Origin: Leucoraja erinacea
Lineage: Eukaryota
Assembly (NCBI RefSeq): GCF_028641065.1
Contig: NC_073408.1
Location: 14,384,001-14,448,000, forward strand
Length of the DNA: 64,000 bases
Direction of reading: 5' to 3'
The position numbers and the translations under genes are program-made. Numbering within the stretch: position 1 is the first letter of the stretch; each line of letters opens with the position of its first letter. Below, piece after piece: positions 54,794 through 64,000 of this stretch. The notes under the pieces were generated by a model. It was not told the DNA's origin and did not search any database. It worked only from the letters and a program-made list of their open reading frames with translations.

Positions 54794-56689
54794 TAATCAT
54801 GTATAGTCTTTCTGCTGACTGGTTACCATGCATCAAAAGTTTTTCACTGTAGCTCGGTACACATTACAATAAACTAAACAAAGTTAAATTAGACTTAGGT
54901 GGGGCATCTTGGTTGGCATGAATAAATTTGGCTAAAGGGTGTGTTTCCATGCTCTTGGTCTCAAAGAAAGAAAAATGAAAAACTTTTGGCAAACCAAATA
55001 GCCTGACAACAAATGTAGTCTTGCATGCTGCAGCTTGTCTGAGGATAGAAGGTGCAAAAACATCACAGATCAGACGTCGCCAACAAAGCTCGGAAACTGC
55101 ACCAAATATGCAACTTCATATCCGTACCCAGCAAGATTATTGTCATTCACGTTAGAGGAATCTATCCCACTTTTACGTGGTGCAGAAAACAAGGCTGTTC
55201 CCAGGATTCTGTTTTTATTTAAATGCAAAGTAATTCACATGTAAATAACTTATGTGAACTGCACATGACCTGACATCATCATTGCAAATACAGATTGTGA
55301 TTCACATTCACATTTATGGTCACATGCACCAATTAAGGTACAATGATATTTGAGTTACCGTGAAGCCATACAATAACCTGTAGATCCTGATTATCCAAAT
55401 CCTGAACTGTCAGATCAGCGAGACAATTAAAGACAATATTATCCCACCTGGATAGCAGCTGGTGTGGGTGGTGTTCTAAACACATATACAATTACTCAAT
55501 GGAAAGTGAAACCTCAAACCTTGTTTTTCTTGAAAAATGAGGGTAGTTCTTGACTGTTGAATGTATTTGCTCAGTGTTGGCTTAACCATACATTTCAGAC
55601 CGATCCCGTGTGGGTCACAAGTCGAGGAAAAGTCAAGCAGAACAAAAGCAGCAAAATTTGTCATTTGTAAGTCGGACCAATCTCCCAGATGGATTTCCAT
55701 CTTTGGTTCAAAGTGCAATTGTCCATATTTGATAACAGAAGCTCTTGACATTTCCATAACATTAGTACTTAGTTGAAAGTGGTTGAAAAATAAATTAATA
55801 TACATGTACCACAACCAGTTTGAAGGTCATATCCTATATTGTGCTCAAGGGGTGAACAGATAGGATGTCTCGACCCGAAACATCACCCATTCCTTCTCTC
55901 CAGAGATATTGTATTGTATTGTATTCAAATTTATTGTCATTGTCTCAATTTGAGACAACGAAATGAATTTCCCTTACAGGCAGTATCATTAAAAAAAAAA
56001 AATCATAAATAAATAAATAATAAAACATATTAAAAATAAAATTGAAATTGAATTTTAAAAAAGCACAAACACAGAAAGTCCACGAGACAACATAACATAA
56101 ATGGCACCAAGGTGAGGATGGCACCATAGTCCAGCCAGCCTCCCCTCCGTGTTCATCCGTGGTCGGGGCCTTCCGAGCACCCGCAGATACTGCCTATCCC
56201 GCTGAGTTATCCCAGCATTTTGTGTCTATCATGGAATAGCTGATGTTGTTTTGAGTCGGAACCCTTCTTCAGACCCTAAAATAAAAAAAATTCCCAGCTT
56301 AGCCTGCATTACATTTTCATTCAGTGGAGAAGGCCAAGGAATGATGATCAATTAATATCATTGCTTATTCAAGAAGCACCAAACATATCAGAACCATGAG
56401 TAAGGTTATAGAGAATAGGAACATCTATGAGTATGTTGAAACCTGTGACTATAATTGTCACTATGGACCGTTATATCCTGTTGATCACATATTTAGAACT
56501 ATTACACATATATCCTGTTAATTGGACATGTCCATGGTATATGAACACACTGATCTGTTCTGTATTTATGCCTACAATATTCTGTTGTGCTGCAGCAAGC
56601 AAGAATTTCATTGTCCTATCTGTGACACATGACAATAAACTCTCTTGATTTGACTTGATTTGGATATATTTCACATATATCCTGTTGGA

Positions 56690-56995
56690 TGGTCACGGTG
56701 ACACAGAGGGGGAGTTGCTGCCTTACAGCTAATGCAGCGCCGGAGACCCGGGTTCGATCCCGACTACAGTCTGTACGGAGTTTGTACGTTCTCTTTGTGG
56801 GTTTTCTCCGAGATCTTCGGTTTCATCCCACAATCCAAAGACGTACAGGTTTGTAGGTTAATTGGTTTGGTGAATGTAAAAATTGTCCCTAGTGGGTGTA
56901 GGATAGTGTTAATATGCGGGGATCGCTAGTCGGCGCGAACCCAGTGGGCCGAAGGGCTTGTTTCCGCGCCGTATCTCTAAACTCTAAACTAAACT
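56690..56995 (+). mobile_element. Near full-length tRNA-derived V-SINE (HE1-like)
   Basis: tRNA-like head with B box GGTTCGATCC (about 56751), V-domain-like core (gtttgtacgttctc...gtgggttttctcc...ccaaagacgtacaggtt), LINE-derived tail and (taaac)n end. Confidence 0.88.
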
Positions 56996-59900
56996 AGCAG
57001 CAGGGTGATGTAATAGTGTGAAGCGTAAGCATTTCTTGCAGTTTAATGGTGCAATTGTTAATTTAAGGAATGTTTATGTGGTTAATTATTGCTCCACAGT
57101 GTGTACCATACTTAAAGTAGTAAGTATAGACTGCTGCAATAGGTGAGGATTTACCTAATTTTCCCAACGTCGGTGACTTATGTCCTATTCCAAATACAAT
57201 GATGAGACAGACTTAATACATTGCACATGGTTGAGTATTACTCCATCCTACCATTTTGTTTGAAGTCTTTTTTAAAAACATGGCTTGTTTAGCAGGAGTG
57301 GGGTAAACAGAGTGGTATGGGAGATATGTATTAGCAAAAAGACCAAGTTACACAGTGTCACTATACACCCTGATTGTATATCGCTGTTAAACGTATGACT
57401 AATACAAAGTCCCATGTTGAATTTTATCTCATTGTCACTTTCTCCATCCAATTTCCACCAGGCACATATGATCCTTAAGGTGTGGAAATAATTCAGGATA
57501 TTATATGCAATTCAGGATATTATATTGGTGCAGTCATGAGCAATGAATTTCATTGACAGTCCCAGCTAGGAGCATCACTGTTGTTTCTATCTTTGATCTT
57601 ATCTTATTCTGCCAGCCATATTCCATTTTCCAATAATGTTAATAGCCAACATCAGAAACAAAGATCGTACCTGCCTATTGTTCTTTTCACCTGCGTGTGC
57701 CAATGTTTTATTGTGCAACTTCTGCGGCGAATACTGCTGGGAACATTGTTAATTACAATGTGACAAATGCAGGCAAATGTAATGCACAAAAGTAATGAAG
57801 AAGAATTGGAAAAAATCCCTTCACATGATTCCTATTTAAAATGCATTTAGTTTCCTTTTCACTCATGTACAAGCAACAGCTTGTCTCAAAGATTCCCATT
57901 ACTGGAATTGCTGATCATTAGACAGATATTTCACAAGTGCAGGCAGTTTGAAATAAGGGTGTTGGTTGTTGAAAGCTGGGTTAGCCCATTCATCATCTGC
58001 CCAAACCCATCAAAATGTCATGTTGCAACTTGCAATGTAGCTCTCTATCACTGGGTTTGTACATGAGATTCATTAACGCAATGTAAATTTTTCACACTTT
58101 GTGTGATCAACAGGTAAGGCCCTGAGTGAAGGAAATAGGCAACGTTTCGGGCCGAAACCCTTCTTAAGGTTTCGGGCCAAAACGTTGCCTATTTCTTTCG
58201 CTCCATAGATGCCAAGAAGGGTTTCGGCCCGAAACGTTGCCTATTTCCTGCGCTCCATTGATGCTGCCTCACACGCTGAGTTTCTCCAGCGCTTTTGTCT
58301 ACCTTTGATTTTCCAGCATCTGCAGTTCCTTCTTAAACAGTTAAGGCCCTACAATTGGTGCCACTCTCTTTGTTCTGCCTGTTGTACTTGTGTTTGACAC
58401 GATTGTATTTGTGTGTATTATAATTGGGATTGATTGGATAGCATGCAAACAAAACTTTTTCACTGTACCACAGTGCACCTGACAATAAATAATAACCCTA
58501 AAACTAATCGTAAAGGCAGTGGAAAACCTGGAAGGGTTTTTATGCTGATCAATGCTAAAAATTACACAAATTAAAGGCATGTGAAAATGGATTTAAAATT
58601 GATGAACAGGTAGAAAACAGTGAGTTTGAAAAAAACAAGTTTTCAGGTCGGAAAGATCACAAAGGAGAAGTTGTGACCTGCGACTGATCGGCCGTGGACG
58701 GAGAATTGCAGACTTACAACGTGCTCATATATTGTTTTTTTGCACAGTCATTTGTGGGTGCGGGAACATGCTGCTCGGTGGAGGCAAGCAAATATAATAA
58801 TGGCATTTCGGAGGCTTTTCGATGGCCATAGGGCTTTGCTGGGCATGGAGGAATACAGATCACATGCAGACAAAGATTTGTGTAACTTGTCATAAGTTCA
58901 TAAATTATAGGCTGGAATTAGGCCATTTGGCCCATCGTCTACTCAGCTAATCAATCTATCGTTCCCTCTCAAACCCATTCTCCTGCCTTTTCCCCATAAC
59001 CTCTAACTCCTGTACTAATCAAGAATCTGTCAATCTGCGGCTTAAAAATGCCCAGTTACTTGGCCTCCTCAGCCTTCTATGGCATCATATTCAGCAGGTT
59101 TGATGGGCTTGGTGGTCTACTCCTGCTCTTATTTTCATACATCCTTGTTAATGTCTGGTCTGGTTCCAATGTCACCAATGTTAAAATAAAGAGAAAATCT
59201 CAATCCAAGCGTAAGAATTGAAAGAGGATCATTCACCCATAAAAACTATTCAGCTTTTAGAAATCATAGATGATCTGAATCTTAGTTCAATCTATTCACT
59301 GTTCAAGCATGTATGTACCTTAAGACACCCCCCCCCAATCACAAAAATCTATTACTCACAGTCTTGTACTCTTTAGTTTATCTCTCAACTTCCTTTAGGT
59401 GTGTAGAATTTCATATTTCTTACAGACTGCACAATCATTCTGGGCTGAAAATTATAACAAAAACAGAAAAAATGCTAAAAATCTAAAATAAAGACTAAAT
59501 TTCAAATTCACGAAAATTATCTGCAGGTCAGGCAGCATTTGTTATAAAAGAAACAGATAAAGTTTCAGGTTAGAACCCTTTCTCAGAACAGGGTAAGAAA
59601 GAAAATCAAGAAAGTGGGGATGGATGGATGGGACAAAGGGAATATCTCTGATAGCGGGAGACCAAACCATTCAGGCTAAATTCAGGAATTCTGTGAAGAG
59701 GGTTCATCTACTTACACAGATATGAAAAAAAAAAATAGGATTCAGTGCAAATGGTAAGATTATTAAAGTGGACAAATTGTCGAAATCTATTGACCAAATT
59801 ATTGGATGTTCAAAACTTCTGAAAGGAATTTACATCAATTAAGACAGGAAAATCAATTTCAGCCTTTGATCCTCTATTCAATGCTTAGCTACATGGATTG

Positions 59901-62066
59901 TAAGGCCTTTTATTCAACTTTATGAATAACAGAATAGTAAATGTATTGTAAAGTAATTGAAGTCAAATAATGGCTGTGTTTTACTTGCAGCCAAAATGGT
60001 GGCGCTATGCACTGCATACCTTGCTGCTATGATGGGTCATCATCCCATAAACTGCTTAAGCTGTTCAAGGGCCTGACCTCCTAAATGAATGAATACATTT
60101 TTTTTTTTAAACTTTAGTAATCTCTAGGTAATATAAAAAATGTGAAAATCGTGTCTTTAACTTTTTCGAGGTGTCAGTTGCCTATACCAGCATGCACTGT
60201 CACCAAAATAGCACTGAATAACTTGGCCATTTCTTTCCGGTAAATGTACGAGTCCTTTGCCAAGCCTTCTAATCTTCCCCCTTAAGAAGTGTGAGTCACG
60301 TTTACGTAATATTAGGCACTTGAGAACCATTCCCCAAAGCCTCTAAATAATGCAGCAAATGCCGTACACACACACCTGAACCAAGCAACATGAATATTTC
60401 ATTCAAGATCAGCAGGTAGGTACCCAGAGGACCCTTGTTTTTTTTAACTATAATAAGATTTGTTGTCTCACCTCTGGGTTAGTTTGTGCTCTTGGGGAAT
60501 TTCAGTTATATACTTTCCAGAAGAATGCCCTTTGGTGTTTTTTTTTCTTCTGGCAAACATGCTGGTGTAACAATCTGAAATTTACTTAGAATAAATGTAC
60601 TAATATTTGCCAAAGCCTAAGCTTGACATATACGGCGATGTCCAGCATACATACTATTGGTATTGTATGCAATGTGAGAGAATAAATATTTGGATGAAGA
60701 TTTTTTTTTCTGGCTTAATCCCTCCCTTCACCACCTCCAGTTTAAATTCCATTTGGAATATTTTGGAGGACCAAGTAACCAAGAACCAATAATAGTGCAA
60801 AGTGCCCAAATACATTTACACAATGAACCAGAATATGCATTTGATGCAATGTGACATGTTCTTTGTTTGATTTCTCCTTGTCACTGAAATCTTATCACTG
60901 AAAGCAGCATTGCAATGGTACATTCTGGATTTGAGAGACCATAAATGACATTCATGTGAGTCCTGTTAATTTGAAAACAAACTATGAATTATGCAGCATT
61001 ATTCTATGCCAAAAAACACAATGTCATCCTGTTTGGTTAGAGATTTCTCATCAAATATCTCTTTACATCTGCATATATTTCCATTGATATTTTAATTTAA
61101 TCCAGAATGACAATTAAATCAGTGTTATTTCAGCTTGGCACCTGATACATGCAGAAGCCTTCTCTGTTTCAGCTTCTCCAAACTAAACTGCTGAGACATG
61201 TTCAAATGGAGAAGTTTTGAGAATATTAGAAAGCCCCCAAATGTGCTCTGCACTTCTTTGATAGAAAATTGGTTTGGAATGTCCCAAGATGCGGAAAGAT
61301 GTGACAAAAACAAGAACCTTTCCGACACATTGTTAGAACAATGAACAATCAACCAGTAATGATGTCTGGTTGCTTTCTGCTGCCTCATACAGGCTCAGTT
61401 TAGACTACTTGCCCATTTGGGGGTTGTCTTGGAGTATCAGCTTTCCTGAGTTGGATTAACCTGTCCTTCACTTGGACATTTGGAATGCCAATATCCAAAC
61501 TGGAGGTTTTCAGGGACTGCCTTGTAACATTTAGAAATGTTGCAGCTGCAAATTAAATACATTCTATTGATCGAATACAGGAACAAGAAGAGATGACTGG
61601 AAGTTTGCTTGTGGTCTAATCATCAGATTATAAGAAAGACAAGCAGAGTAGACCATTTGGCCCCTTACGCCTACCCACCAACCATTAAGATATTGGCTGA
61701 TCCTTTAACTCCATCCCATTTTTCAACACTAACCCTACGTAAACACAATGAACTGCACATGCTGGTTTACAAAAAAAAACACAAGGTGCTGGGTTAACTC
61801 AGTGGGTCAGGCAGCAACTCTGGAGAACATGGATAGATAACGTTTTGGGTCGATACTCTTCTTCAGACTGATTATAGTAGTGGGGGAAACAATATTTAAA
61901 ACAAAAAATAGTTTTACTTTTGAACAAAATTAGAAATTGGACTTCTACAGCACTCTTGATCACAAAATTTCAAAGACTCACTACCTCTGAGGGAAGAAGA
62001 ATCTCATCTACTGTAGATGTTAAAAGAATTGCAGTTCTAAATGCGGAACAAATCTCCTTAATAGGT

Positions 62067-62612
62067 ACACAAAAATGCTGGAGAAACACAGCGGGTGCAG
62101 CAGCATCTATGGAGCGAAGGAAATAGGCGACGTTTCGGGCCGAAACCCTTCTTCAGACTGATGGGGGGTGCGGGGGAGAAGGAAGGAAAAGGGGAGGAGG
62201 AGGAGCCCGAGGGCGGGCGGATGGGAGGGTGGGAGGAGACAGCTAGGGGGTTAAGGAAGGGGAGGAGACAGCAAGGGCTAGCAAAATTGGGAGAATTCAA
62301 TGTTAATGCCATCCGGACGCAAGGTCCCCAGGCGGAATATGAGGTGCTGTTCCTCCAATTTCCGCTGTTGCTCACTCTGGCAGTGGAGGAGACCCAGGAC
62401 AGAGAGGTCGGATTGGGAATGGGAGGGGGAGTTGAAGTGCTGAGCCACCGGGAGGTCAGGTTGGTTATTGCGGACTGAGCGGAGGTGTTCGGCGAAACGA
62501 TCGCCCAACCTACGCTTAGTCTCCCCGATGTAAATCAGCTGACACCTAGAGCAGTGGATGCAGTAGATGAGGTTGGAGGAGATGTAGGTGAACCTTTGTC
62601 GCACCTGGAACT
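62067..62612 (-). mobile_element. Penelope-like element 3' portion (GIY-YIG domain plus hammerhead-bearing tail)
   Basis: ORF 62278..62652: SNLIYCIHCSRCQLIYIGETKRRLGDRFAEH...GINIEFSQFC. TSD aatctccttaataggt at 62051-62066 and 62621-62636. Confidence 0.92.
62126..62160 (-). ncRNA. Minimal type I hammerhead ribozyme motif (Penelope pLTR)
   Basis: Minus strand reads cagu-CUGAAGA-a-GGGU-UUCG-GCCC-GAAA-C-GUC-gcc, with the canonical GUC cleavage triplet. Confidence 0.78.
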
Positions 62613-64000
62613 TTGAACACAATCTCCTTAATAGGTTGCTTACTAATTCCACAGTCGGGTAAAAGATCCAGCAATTTTTTTTTTCTATTTAATGATATTG
62701 TAACTCACAGTTGAATAATTTATTAAGTTGTTCATGTGATTGGTGGAATCTGCATTACAATCAAGGAAAAAAACAAAGCAAAAATGTCATATCTTATTTG
62801 CAGGTAGACAAAAATGCTGGAGAAACTCAGCGGGTGAGGTCTCATCTGCTGAGTTTCTCCAGCATTTTTGTCGCTTCACTCGCTGAGTTTCTCCAGCATT
62901 TTTGTCCATCTTCGATTTTCCAACATCTGCAGTTCCTTCTTAAACATATCTGATCTGCATGTATTTTGGGACTTTACTGAGCATAGAACAGTAGAGCACA
63001 GGAAGAGGCCCTTTAGTCCACCATGTCTGTTCTGATTATGATGCCAAGTTAAATTAAACTCTGTTACCTGCACAGAATCCATTTCCTGTATATCTATGTG
63101 CTGATCCAAAAGTATATTAAATGTTACTATTCTATCTGCCTCAACCACTAACCCAGCAGTGCGTTCCAGGTACTCACCACCCTGTGTTAAAATCTTCCCC
63201 TCCCGCCCACATCTCCTTTAATCTTTGTCCTTTTCACCTCATAGTTATACCCTGTAGTATATGACATTTCCACCCTGGGCAAAATGCTCTGACTCTCTAC
63301 CCTATCTATGCCTCTCATTCCTATCTATGCCTCTCATTATTTTAATAAACTTTATCAGGTCTCCCCTCAACCTCCAGTATGTTGTATATTAGATGCCAGT
63401 TAGAGGCCAAGAGTTATCTTTTCCACAATAAATCTGTAGGTTATTTTGAAGTCATTCTATTTTATTTTGTAAACATATATAAGAAGGAAAGTAATTATTA
63501 TTCATCCATTATTCTCCTTGAGAACATGGCAGTGACCCAAGTTGTTGAACTTCTAGGAACAAACTGCAGATGCTGGATTAAATCGAAGGTAGACACAAAA
63601 TGCTGGAGGAACTCAGTGGGTCAGGCAGCATCTCGAGACCCTTCTTCAGCGACCCGAAACGTCACCCATTCCTTCTCTCCAGAGATGCTGCCTGTTGATT
63701 TCAAATAGTTGTAGAAATTCAGCAAGAGTTACTCCAGCATTTTGTCTCTACCTTGTTGAACTTCTCCACCTATTATGCACAGTGGCCAAATCCAGAACTT
63801 TGATAAAGAAAACAGCAAAGGAAAGTTTATTTCAATATGATTTTGAAAAACACTGCAGTACAGTTATCGCAAGGTAGCTTTGTTGCTCTGGATTTAAACG
63901 TTCTGGTACTTCAGTTCCTTCTGCTGAAAGGTTCAGGTGATAAGTAGCAGAAATAAAATCTACCCATATGGGCTCCAGAGACATCCGTTGAAGTGGCCCT

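Noticed and set aside
55476-55814. 112-aa minus-strand ORF
   Set aside because: FVLLDFSSTCD resembles the LINE RT motif LLDLSAAFD, so it is most likely an ancient L2-type remnant.
56690-56770. tRNA-like sequence with a B box
   Set aside because: It is the head of a SINE, not a cloverleaf tRNA gene.
1-64000. CRISPR array or prokaryotic operon/defence system
   Set aside because: The DNA is eukaryotic and intron-containing. The recurring short repeats are dispersed retroposon tails, not regularly spaced repeat-spacer units.

Overview
Vertebrate genomic DNA, most likely from a cartilaginous fish (skate/ray). This is inferred from the repeat content: V-SINE/HE1-like tRNA SINEs, CR1/HER1-like LINEs, Rex1/Babar LINEs and abundant Penelope-derived short repeats. 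Most of the window is transposable-element debris, and most long ORFs in the supplied track are TE fragments or low-complexity artefacts. Reading the minus strand by hand gives one spliced host gene that the ORF track misses. It has four coding exons joined by phase-1 GT-AG introns (23641-23575, 20969-20664, 14743-14699, 12490-12429; 480 nt). They encode a 159-aa protein: signal peptide, single IgV domain, short stalk and a C-terminal hydrophobic tail with no cytoplasmic domain, so probably GPI-anchored. The IgV domain has B7/CD80-like motifs (LKCPH, YWQK) but lacks the canonical F-strand Cys and carries extra Cys residues. A CpG-rich candidate promoter/first exon lies at about 44.4-44.7 kb. 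Other notable features are many Penelope-type minimal hammerhead-ribozyme motifs (often as fold-back palindromes), two GIY-YIG-only Penelope insertions (one with a triplicated target site), a Helitron, Harbinger-type MITEs and a hAT-like element with a 6-bp TSD. Exon coordinates were counted base by base; most repeat boundaries are approximate. No rRNA, true tRNA gene or CRISPR array was seen.
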